From the NCBI GenBank assembly GCA_945898205.1, contig CAMDHO010000004.1, forward strand, positions 7,830 to 71,829: a stretch of 64,000 bases of DNA, in the 5' to 3' direction. Every line of letters starts with the position of its first letter. Position 1 is the first letter of the stretch. This document shows positions 1 to 7,546 of the stretch, one piece after another. The notes beneath the pieces were generated by a model. The model was not told the DNA's origin, did not search any database, and was given only the letters and a program-made list of their open reading frames with translations. Source of the DNA: Chlamydia trachomatis (GTDB taxonomy: Bacteria; Chlamydiota; Chlamydiia; Chlamydiales; Rhabdochlamydiaceae). The position numbers were made by a program, and so were the translations under genes.

Positions 1-56
1 ATAGATGAGCAGTTGATCCTAATCCTTCATATAGACACCATATTCGAAATTCTTCA

Positions 57-866
57 ATGCAGGCGCCTCCATCTTTGGAATTTGCTAAAGGATTATTGTA
101 TGGAACTATGCTGGGAGGAAAAGAAGAAAGCGTTCAATTTGTTTCTTCAGTTAGAGGAGGACTTACTTTTTTATGGTCTTTTGCATGCTCTCCAATTGAT
201 GTGTCAAAAGAGTTAATCGAAGCTCTTCATGATATAGGTGAATTTTTGGCATCTGGGAAGGTCGACATTCTTTTAGAAGAAGCATTGCCCGAGCTTTTTG
301 AGTGCCGCCAATATTGGGATAGTTGGTCTGAGTATACAAAGGGACAAAAGATCGGTTTTATTATTGGAAAATATAGTATTGCAGCTTTTTATTATTTGGC
401 AACTCCTAGAGCTGGTATTTATTTTTATAATAAACTCAGAAGAGCTAATATAGTCGCTATTTTGGAATGCTATTCTGTTACAAGAAGTGTTCATATTTTA
501 GAGGCAAGTGCGAAACAAGCGAAAAAAAGCACATCAATCTTAAAGAAGGCTTCATCTGGATTTATTGTTCCACATAACCCAAATGTTTTACCTCATATTC
601 TTATAAAAAAGCATCGTTGGGATAAATTTATTAAGCTAACAGGAAATCCTGAAAAAGATTTTGAAAAACTTGTCATATTTTTGGAGGATCAAAAAATTCT
701 ACAATGCCCCCGTAGATTAGACTTTGAACGTGGTAGTGTAATCACCTATAAGTATACTAAGGAAATAAGGGGAGATAAAATTGTCGCCTTATTTGAAATC
801 AACAGGGAAAACGTCGCCTTATTGAGAAATGCTTGGGTAGAAGTAGGAGTTCCATATGCCCCATAA
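57..866 (+). CDS. hypothetical protein (269 aa), first gene of a tightly packed 3-gene cluster
   Basis: Complete ORF with an in-frame stop at 6-8 and ATG at 57. I can assign no family motif. It has one hydrophobic stretch (IGFIIGKYSIAAFYYLA) and a basic His/Lys-rich C-terminal third (PHNPNVLPHILIKKHRWDKF). Confidence 0.5.
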   Translation: MQAPPSLEFAKGLLYGTMLGGKEESVQFVSSVRGGLTFLWSFACSPIDVSKELIEALHDIGEFLASGKVDILLEEALPELFECRQYWDSWSEYTKGQKIGFIIGKYSIAAFYYLATPRAGIYFYNKLRRANIVAILECYSVTRSVHILEASAKQAKKSTSILKKASSGFIVPHNPNVLPHILIKKHRWDKFIKLTGNPEKDFEKLVIFLEDQKILQCPRRLDFERGSVITYKYTKEIRGDKIVALFEINRENVALLRNAWVEVGVPYAP

Positions 867-878
867 CCCAGAGAAAAC

Positions 879-1523
879 ATGAAATCTTTTCCAAGTATTA
901 AAGATGTTATTGCCGCTAAAAATTGGAAGTTTCTGGTGAAGAATAGCCTTCCTGTGAATGTTGCTGATATTTACTCATTTTCTGAGGCTATGCATATTAT
1001 TGATCATTTAATAGAAGCCTCAGCTGAAGGAATGATTGAAGACGGCTTTTCTGCAGATTTAATGAGAGACTATTCCGTCAATCTAATGAAAATTCTTCGA
1101 GCTAAATATCCTCATGATTGGAAGCTGGATTGGAAAAATGAAGCATTTTTGGGGATTGTTTGTGCTTTAGTTTTTCGAGAGGAAGAAGCCTTTATACATA
1201 TTCAGAATGCATATGAGCAAACGGAAGACGCTCCACAGTCTCTCATATTAGCCTATATTAGCGCAGGAAGTGGTCCTGATCACTTTTTAACTAAGGAACG
1301 AATTACTGAGCTCTCAAAAAAGGTTATTGAAAAAGGGGTTACTTATGAGTCCTCTCTTCACATGGCATCATTAGCCTACGACCAGAAGGATTTTGAGAAA
1401 CAGGAGTATTGGGAAGGGCAGGCTTCTGATTCAAAGGAAAAAGGAGTCCATACTCCAAGTATTACTCCTAATGTTTTGAAAGACATGTTTAAGAAAGGAA
1501 AAGGATCTTTTTATGAAGAGTAG
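879..1523 (+). CDS. hypothetical protein (214 aa), acidic, probably all-helical
   Basis: The ORF starts 12 nt after the preceding stop, which suggests an operon arrangement. No recognisable catalytic motif. Confidence 0.5.
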   Translation: MKSFPSIKDVIAAKNWKFLVKNSLPVNVADIYSFSEAMHIIDHLIEASAEGMIEDGFSADLMRDYSVNLMKILRAKYPHDWKLDWKNEAFLGIVCALVFREEEAFIHIQNAYEQTEDAPQSLILAYISAGSGPDHFLTKERITELSKKVIEKGVTYESSLHMASLAYDQKDFEKQEYWEGQASDSKEKGVHTPSITPNVLKDMFKKGKGSFYEE

Positions 1524-1812
1524 AGAAAAATTAGTATTCCTCTTGAGTAGTGTTTTCATAGTTTTTAAGGGATTGCTAATTGCTCAGGAAAATCATATCG
1601 AAGATCCCCATTATGAATGGTTTGAAGGTGATGAAGTTGCGGTCCGAGAAGATGGCATCTATACCGCTTCGAACAAAGGAATGATAAAGCTTAATATTGT
1701 TGAATATGATGGGCTGAATAATCGGTATAAAGTGTTATGTAATTGCTTGCAAGGACATGGTCTTGATTCGAGTGAGGCTTTGAGTCTTCCTCATGAGGAT
1801 AATTCTAACTAA
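1513..1812 (+). CDS. small hypothetical protein with N-terminal hydrophobic signal/anchor (99 aa)
   Basis: The ORF overlaps the previous gene by 11 nt. The N-terminus (KLVFLLSSVFIVFKGLLIA) looks like a signal peptide or TM anchor. Confidence 0.4.
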   Translation: MKSREKLVFLLSSVFIVFKGLLIAQENHIEDPHYEWFEGDEVAVREDGIYTASNKGMIKLNIVEYDGLNNRYKVLCNCLQGHGLDSSEALSLPHEDNSN

Positions 1813-1836
1813 GTAGATCTCATTGCTGAGATCTAC
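1813..1836 (+). terminator. perfect 10-bp stem / 4-nt loop hairpin directly after the 3-gene cluster (no U-tract)
   Basis: gtagatctca-ttgc-tgagatctac starts 1 nt after the stop at 1810-1812. It lies between convergent genes and has no T-run, so terminator function is uncertain. Confidence 0.35.
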
Positions 1837-1905
1837 CGCCGGTGAGAAGGGGGAGGCATTACCGTCCTACGTTTTTCAAATAGGAGCTCCCTGGTTTTGT
1901 AGATG

Positions 1906-3168
1906 TTAAGTCGTTATGACAGGGGATAAAATGTCTAAAGGCTCTGAAAGGTCTCCGCAATAAACAAGCAGCTTTCCATCCGCTTGTTTTTCAAATTCTA
2001 TACCATTTACCGGAAAATAGATATTTCCGTTAGAGAGCAAGAAGCAAGGTCTTGGAGGATCCCATCTTACCAATCGATGTTGATTCAAGTCTTTTTCAAA
2101 CATGACATTTTCATTTCCATATTTTTCTGAATGAAAACTTTGTAAATAAGGTGAAAAATCAAAATCTGCAGGAAATGGAATAATATGAGGGGAATCTTTT
2201 TCAGGATGAAGAACTATTTGTTCTAGGTTTTTTCCTATCATTGATGGATCAACATCGGTGGTATTGGTAAGTAGAACAATTAGGAGATCACTTTCCGGAT
2301 ACTTACGGAATTCTGAGGCAAAACCGAACATTCCTCCGGAATGAGCAATCTTTTTTTGTCCCATATCTGTAGTTATATTAAGGCCATACCCATGATTATC
2401 TAAATTAGGTGTAGTCATTTGATGGATAGAAGCTTTACTTAAAACAGGAGAGTTACCATCTAAAACTCGACTCCATTTAGATAAGTCTTCAACCGTTGAA
2501 ACTATTCCTCCATCTGCAAAACATAGATGAGCATCATCTCCAGGTTCTTTTTCAAGACTCGTCATCTGTTCATTTAAACGATGACCTCGGGCCATCCCTA
2601 AAGTTTCATCATACATTTTATTAGGAATGCAAGAATGCGTCATTCCAGCTGGGGTGAAAATTTGATCTTGGATAAATTCTTGATAGGACATGCCGCTCAT
2701 TTTCTCTATAATTTTTCCTAATAGTAAATATCCAGTATTACTGTATGCGTATTGTTCTCCAGTCGGAAATTCAAGGTCTTTTTCTTTGAAGTCTAATAAA
2801 ATGCCATCTACTGTTAAAGCTTCAGGATCATAATTTTCCATAGATGTGTAATCAGCGATGCCCGATGTGTGAGACAAAAGGTGGTGGGGAGTTAAGTCTT
2901 TATATTTTTCAGATTGAAAGTCTGAGGGGAGATATTGATTAATCGGCGCATGTAAATCAATGGCCCCTGATTCTACTAATTTCATAACTGCTGCTGCGGT
3001 AAATTGTTTAGTTACAGAACCGATATGGAAGGCGGTAGAAGCGGTGTTGGGAATTTCGTCTATAGCTTGCCCATATCCTTTGCAAAGGATTGTGGTATCT
3101 CCCTGTTTTACAAGAACTGTGCCAGAAAAAAAGGCAGAATCTCTTATAGATTCGAGATGTTCGTTCAT
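1906..3168 (-). CDS. beta-lactamase-family (class C / PBP4*-like) serine hydrolase, body of the gene
   Basis: SxxK motif (FHIGSVTKQFTAAAV), YxN motif (YSNTGYLLLG) and an HxG/KTG-like motif (IAHSGGMFGF). The frame stays open upstream of the listed Met through to 3315 (see findings). Confidence 0.85.
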   Translation of the reverse strand: MNEHLESIRDSAFFSGTVLVKQGDTTILCKGYGQAIDEIPNTASTAFHIGSVTKQFTAAAVMKLVESGAIDLHAPINQYLPSDFQSEKYKDLTPHHLLSHTSGIADYTSMENYDPEALTVDGILLDFKEKDLEFPTGEQYAYSNTGYLLLGKIIEKMSGMSYQEFIQDQIFTPAGMTHSCIPNKMYDETLGMARGHRLNEQMTSLEKEPGDDAHLCFADGGIVSTVEDLSKWSRVLDGNSPVLSKASIHQMTTPNLDNHGYGLNITTDMGQKKIAHSGGMFGFASEFRKYPESDLLIVLLTNTTDVDPSMIGKNLEQIVLHPEKDSPHIIPFPADFDFSPYLQSFHSEKYGNENVMFEKDLNQHRLVRWDPPRPCFLLSNGNIYFPVNGIEFEKQADGKLLVYCGDLSEPLDILSPVITT

Positions 3169-3233
3169 TTTCTGAGCGGCGATTCTTTGCTCCGCTGTAA
3201 GACCTATTCCTTCAGTTCCTAATATAGAAGTTC

Positions 3234-3497
3234 CTATACGTGATTCTGATGTATTACTTGACGGAGCTGCAGACGCAGAAAGTTCATATTTCTTTTCGTC
3301 GGGGGGGGGGCTTTTTTAAAAACGTCTTTCGAAATAGAAGAAATCTTTTCCAGCTCTCCGGTTTTTGACGCGGTTAGAGGCAGAGTTTGCTGAGATCGAT
3401 CAACGTATTTTGCATCATTAACATCCACAGGAAACCATCCTAAATAGTAATGTTTAATTATAATGACATAATAGCATAGTAAGAAAATTTTACGCAC
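3234..3497 (-). pseudogene. probable detached 5' part (GTG start plus hydrophobic signal/anchor) of the beta-lactamase-family gene, out of frame because of the G10 tract
   Basis: The N-terminus (RKIFLLCYYVIIIKHYYLGWF) is hydrophobic. The ORF reads into the homopolymer at 3301-3310 and terminates shortly after. The downstream gene's frame is open from the other side of the tract. Confidence 0.5.
3301..3310. repeat. G10 (C10 on the coding strand) homopolymer tract
   Basis: Counted directly: ten consecutive G at 3301-3310, flanked by c at 3300 and c at 3311. Confidence 0.95.
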
Positions 3498-3863
3498 TGT
3501 ATAAAATTCTGTGTGATAACGAATTCTAGTTAGTTCGTGAAATTGTTTAGAAGATCTCTATTCTTTTTTCTATGCCCAAGTATTGCATAGTAGGGATCAA
3601 TTTTGGGGTCTCCATAGCAAATAATTCACCTTGGCAGATATTTGAGGGTTTTTGTATGATTTGGGTATCCTTACAACAGGGAGGGTACAATGAACATAAC
3701 AAAGCAATCAGACTTTATGCTTCTCAAAGCCAATCCTTGTCATTCCCATCATCATTTCCATCATAGTTAATCTTATTTCTTTTTTTTGAATTCTAGTTAC
3801 CAGAATCAAAAAAAGTTACGTTTTTTATTTTTTTACATTTTTAATTTTTTTTAAGAGGTCTTT

Positions 3864-4637
3864 ATGAAAAGAAATCTATCTATTTTTTTTGTTGTATTTT
3901 TTTGTTGGGCAAAAGCGTTTGCAGGGCCGCCACTTGTAATAGGAACGACTAGTGGTTATGCGCCTTATGTCAGTTTGGATGCAAAGGGGGAGTATGAAGG
4001 TTTTGATATTGATATGGCTAAGCTACTTGCTGAAAAACTCAATCGAACTCTTGTTTTAAAAGACTTGGGAAGTATGCCAAGTCTTATGGTCGGTTTAAAG
4101 CAAGGAAAGATTGATGCGTTAATTTGGGCTGTTTCGATTACAGAAGAGAGAATGAAAGCTTTTGAAATGGTCTACTATCAAGGGGAAAAAGAGACTCAAA
4201 TGCCATTTCTTTTTTGGAAGGAGATCCCCGCTACTATCCAATCTATTGAAGATTTTGAAAAGGATGTTAAAAAAGTCATCTGTATTGAATCGGGGACTTG
4301 GCAAGCCTCTGTTTTAGAGAAATTCCCCAAAGTTTCTATCAAAAATCTAGATAAAATCATGGATGGTATTATGGAAATTAAATATGGCAAATCTTGGGCA
4401 GTAGCTATAGATCCGTCACTGGTTCCTCGTTTTACAGCGCAATATAGTGAAATTAAAGTGCTGAATGTTTCTCTCCCATCTAGTGAGCAATCACTTGGAA
4501 ATGGTATTTGTATTGCTAAAACAAATCAAAAGCTTGCAGGGGAAGTAAAGATTGCGATTGAAGAACTTCGGTTAGAGGGTAAAATTCGAGAATTAGAAAA
4601 AAAATGGAATCTAATTAAAGAAGGCGGAGAACTTTGA
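3864..4637 (+). CDS. artJ: amino-acid ABC transporter, periplasmic substrate-binding protein (family 3, ArtJ/GlnH-like)
   Basis: Signal peptide, then LVIGTTSGYAPYVSLDAKGEYEGFDIDMAKLLAEKL, a typical SBP_bac_3 N-lobe. Followed by permease and ATPase genes. Confidence 0.8.
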   Translation: MKRNLSIFFVVFFCWAKAFAGPPLVIGTTSGYAPYVSLDAKGEYEGFDIDMAKLLAEKLNRTLVLKDLGSMPSLMVGLKQGKIDALIWAVSITEERMKAFEMVYYQGEKETQMPFLFWKEIPATIQSIEDFEKDVKKVICIESGTWQASVLEKFPKVSIKNLDKIMDGIMEIKYGKSWAVAIDPSLVPRFTAQYSEIKVLNVSLPSSEQSLGNGICIAKTNQKLAGEVKIAIEELRLEGKIRELEKKWNLIKEGGEL

Positions 4638-5302
4638 ATAATTATTTTACGCTCTTATCTGGATGGTGCCCTTTACTTTTTAAAGGGGCACTTATGACAA
4701 TTCAGGTGCTTTTTTTTTCCGCTTTTGTAAGTCTTTTTATAGGACTTACTTTTGGGGTCCTTTCTTGTTCTCGCCTTCGATTGCCTTGGATTTCTTCTTT
4801 GATAGAAGGCATTGCATTCGTTTTTAGAGCAATCCCTTTTGTAGTTCAACTTTTGATTGTATATTTTGTTCTGCCAGATCTTTTGGGATTTGATATAGAA
4901 CCGTTTCCTGCGGCAGTTATATCTCTTGGGATGTGTTCTTCGGGATATGTAACGCAAATTGTTCGATCAGGAATCAATACGATCCCAATATCTCAATGGG
5001 AGGCGGCTTTTTCTTTGGGATATTCTAGGTTTCAAAGTCTTATCTATGTGATTTTACCACAAGTTTGGAGGAATATTCTCCCTTCGTGCACCAATGAAAT
5101 AGAGTCTCTTTTGAAAAGCACGGCCATGGTTTCTTCTATTGGGATGTTAGAGCTGACTCGAATGGGTATGAACTTAGTTTCCAGAGAAATGCAGCCGGTT
5201 CCTATTTATCTCACGATAGCTTTTTTCTATTTGTGTATGTCGGCCATTTTGAATCTGGTTACTCGGAGCTTAGAGCGGAGGATTGCTTATGTTAAGTATT
5301 AG
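4634..5302 (+). CDS. amino-acid ABC transporter permease (HisM/GlnP-type)
   Basis: Multi-TM protein containing an EAA-like loop (QWEAAFSLGYSRFQSLIYVILPQ). Overlaps neighbouring genes as in an operon. The TTG start is uncertain; an alternative ATG lies at 4694. Confidence 0.8.
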   Translation: MNNYFTLLSGWCPLLFKGALMTIQVLFFSAFVSLFIGLTFGVLSCSRLRLPWISSLIEGIAFVFRAIPFVVQLLIVYFVLPDLLGFDIEPFPAAVISLGMCSSGYVTQIVRSGINTIPISQWEAAFSLGYSRFQSLIYVILPQVWRNILPSCTNEIESLLKSTAMVSSIGMLELTRMGMNLVSREMQPVPIYLTIAFFYLCMSAILNLVTRSLERRIAYVKY

Positions 5303-6029
5303 AAATGTTTCTTTGGAGAAAAAGAAAGGAGGAGACTCTGCTTCTATCTTAAAGGAGATTTCTTTGGATGTTCCCTTAAGAAGAACGACTCTTTTTTTGG
5401 GGAAAAGCGGAAGTGGTAAAACATCTCTCTTGCGCTGCATTGCGCAGCTTGAAAAAGAATATAGTGGAAATATTACTTATGGAGAGAAAAGCCTTTTAAA
5501 ACTCGCAGCTCAAGATAGATGTCAAATTTTAGGATTTGTTCCTCAATCCTTTGCGCTATTTCCGCATATGAATGTTTTAGAAAATTGTATACAGCCTCTT
5601 AGGCGGAGGTCAGTAAAAAAAGGAAAAGAACTTTATGAAGAAGTGGAAGAAACGCTTTCGTCGTTAGGCCTGGAAAAGTATGCGTTTTCGATGCCAGCAG
5701 AACTTTCAGGAGGACAGCAGCAGAGAGTGGCTATTGCAAGAGCTCTGCTTTTAAAACCATCTTTTCTTTTATTTGATGAACCTACTTCTGCTTTGGATCC
5801 AGAAAATACAGAACTTTTTCAAAAAATAGTTCAACGGCTTTTAAAAGAAGGCAAGGGAGTCCTTATTTCAACGCAAGATATGGCTTTTGCGATGAGTGTT
5901 CTGGATCGAGTCTTTTTTTTAGAAGAAGGAGCTTTAGTCGAAAGTTATGATCTAAGTGAAAAAAAAGGAATGAATATGGGGAGTAAACTTAAGAGTTTTT
6001 TACCGGATGTAAAGCCATTGCTTTTATAA
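5283..6029 (+). CDS. amino-acid ABC transporter ATP-binding protein (GlnQ/ArtP-type)
   Basis: Walker A (GKSGSGKTS), ABC signature (LSGGQQQRVAIARAL) and Walker B (LLFDEPTSALD). Confidence 0.9.
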   Translation: MLMLSIRNVSLEKKKGGDSASILKEISLDVPLRRTTLFLGKSGSGKTSLLRCIAQLEKEYSGNITYGEKSLLKLAAQDRCQILGFVPQSFALFPHMNVLENCIQPLRRRSVKKGKELYEEVEETLSSLGLEKYAFSMPAELSGGQQQRVAIARALLLKPSFLLFDEPTSALDPENTELFQKIVQRLLKEGKGVLISTQDMAFAMSVLDRVFFLEEGALVESYDLSEKKGMNMGSKLKSFLPDVKPLLL

Positions 6030-6077
6030 AGATAGAGTTGCTATGTTTTTTGTATTTAGCTGAAATAGGATATTAGA

Positions 6078-6995
6078 ATGCGTAAATTATGGACGGTATT
6101 TTGTGTGTTTGTTTGGAGCTCTGTATTTTCTACTGAAGTAGCCACTTGGTCTTTTAGCGATGTGAATTCGGGATGGAACAGCGATTCTTTAGTTAAAATG
6201 TACTTCCATCATTCTGAAATGCAGAGACAATGGGCTTGGGAGCTTTTGGGAAGATCTCCTTTTACAGGGTATGAGAAGATTTTAGATTTTGGATGTGGCG
6301 ATGGAAAGATTTCTGCCGAGATGTCTCATTTGACGAGACATGGAAAAGTGGTAGGAGTAGACATTTCTAAGAAAATGATTCATTTTGCACATATTCATTT
6401 TCCTCCAAGCTTATACCCTAGTTTAGAGTTTAGAGAGAGTGATTCTTTGACTTTAGCTGATCTGCAAGAGAAAGAAGAATATGATATGATTTGTAGTTTT
6501 GCAGTATTTCATTTAGTAGCAGATCCTCTTGAGGTATTAAAGAATTTAAAAACGAATCTTAAGCCTGAGGGAAAAATTTTATTAGTCATTCCTGCAGGAG
6601 AAAACCCCGTTTTTTATCAGGCGGCCACTGAAATGTTTGTTAAGTATAATTTAGAAATTCCATGGGCTACAACAACAGGTTTAAAAAAAACTACAATGAG
6701 GACTTTAGAAGGGGCTTCTTTTTTTATGAGGGAAGCAGGTTACTCTATAGAATCTATAGAGCTTATTAACAAAGCAAGTGCTTTTTATGATTTAGAAGAT
6801 CTCATAGCGTGGATGATAGGCACAATTACGGCCAACTGGAAGATTCCAGTTTCTATGACACAAGCTTTTTGCTCAAATCTAGTCCATAGGATGTATGAGT
6901 TGAATCCATCTATGATCGATGAAGAAGGCCGTGTTCACTTTGGACTGTCGCGTATTTGTGTTATCGCGCATCCTAAAAACAAGAGTTCTACATGA
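6078..6995 (+). CDS. class I SAM-dependent methyltransferase with N-terminal hydrophobic signal-like segment
   Basis: Motif I (ILDFGCGDGKIS) followed by VVGVDISKKMI. The N-terminus (MRKLWTVFCVFVWSSVFSTEVA) resembles a Sec signal peptide. Confidence 0.75.
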   Translation: MRKLWTVFCVFVWSSVFSTEVATWSFSDVNSGWNSDSLVKMYFHHSEMQRQWAWELLGRSPFTGYEKILDFGCGDGKISAEMSHLTRHGKVVGVDISKKMIHFAHIHFPPSLYPSLEFRESDSLTLADLQEKEEYDMICSFAVFHLVADPLEVLKNLKTNLKPEGKILLVIPAGENPVFYQAATEMFVKYNLEIPWATTTGLKKTTMRTLEGASFFMREAGYSIESIELINKASAFYDLEDLIAWMIGTITANWKIPVSMTQAFCSNLVHRMYELNPSMIDEEGRVHFGLSRICVIAHPKNKSST

Positions 6996-7546
6996 TTAAA
7001 ACGGAAAGGTTAATTTTAAGGCCGTGGCAAGAAGCAGATTTAGAGCCCTTTGCAAAACTTAATGCAGATTCCCGTGTTATGGAATACTTCCCTAAGACAT
7101 TGACATCGATAGAGAGTGATGCATTGGCCCAATCTAAATCAGAGCATATTCGAGAATATGGGTGGGGACTATGGGCTGTATCTTTAATTGGAACGGGTGA
7201 ATTTATTGGCTTTATTGGATTAAATGAAGCCCCTGATTTATTCAAAGAGCCTGTTGTAGAAGTGGGATGGAGATTAGACTTTAACCATTGGGGAAAAGGC
7301 TATGCTACAGAAGGGGCAAGAGTTGCTTTGCAGTTTGGATTTGAAGCGTTAAAATTAAACGAAATTCTATCTTGGACTACAGAGGCGAATATGAGATCTC
7401 GGGCTGTCATGGAAAAAATTGGAATGCAGCATGATCCAAAGGATGATTTTGATCATCCTAAACTTTTAAAGGATCATCCTCTAAAAAGACATGTGCTCTA
7501 TCGCCTTACTAAAGAACTTTTTTTTCGTTCCCGTTTCCTTAATTAA
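6992..7546 (+). CDS. GNAT-family N-acetyltransferase (RimJ/RimL-like)
   Basis: Typical N-terminus (TERLILRPWQEADLEPFAKLNAD) and a core (WGKGYATEGARVAL...) characteristic of the Acetyltransf_3-type GNAT fold. Confidence 0.8.
   Translation: MIKTERLILRPWQEADLEPFAKLNADSRVMEYFPKTLTSIESDALAQSKSEHIREYGWGLWAVSLIGTGEFIGFIGLNEAPDLFKEPVVEVGWRLDFNHWGKGYATEGARVALQFGFEALKLNEILSWTTEANMRSRAVMEKIGMQHDPKDDFDHPKLLKDHPLKRHVLYRLTKELFFRSRFLN

Noticed and set aside
273-494. Short antisense or overlapping ORFs nested inside longer, motif-supported genes. Examples: 273-494, 2960-3175, 3004-3222, 4119-4304, 4196-4390, 4673-4957, 6988-7245, 7491-7691, 8995-9222, 9582-9791, 11372-11671, 13698-13916, 14486-14779, 16580-16777, 18364-18573, 19380-19631, 19842-20042, 22200-22415, 23083-23399, 24385-24810, 26419-26640, 27258-27464, 30338-30562, 31492-31680, 33692-34012, 34786-35058, 36161-36346, 39454-39642, 45461-45691, 46470-46706, 47986-48246, 48984-49184, 50079-50396, 55536-55760, 55935-56342, 63353-63990.
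   Set aside because: Each lies wholly or largely inside a longer ORF on the other strand or in another frame, and that longer ORF carries clear family motifs. Their translations are low-complexity or Ser/Leu/Arg/Cys-rich, as expected for shadow ORFs in an AT-rich genome.
1906-3168. Calling the serine hydrolase an antibiotic-resistance beta-lactamase.
   Set aside because: The SxxK/YxN/HxG motifs define only the broad class C/DD-peptidase/esterase superfamily. Nothing in the sequence supports beta-lactam hydrolysis specifically.
3572-3766. 64-aa ORF in the bla-like/artJ intergenic region.
   Set aside because: No RBS, an odd composition, and a location in a promoter-rich divergent spacer. It is most likely non-coding.
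7481-7546. 66-bp convergent overlap between the 3' ends of the GNAT gene and the LtaS-LRR gene, considered as a possible antisense regulatory arrangement.
   Set aside because: Overlapping convergent ends are common in compact genomes. I see no hairpin or other signal within the overlap, and either C-terminus could tolerate the shared sequence by chance.
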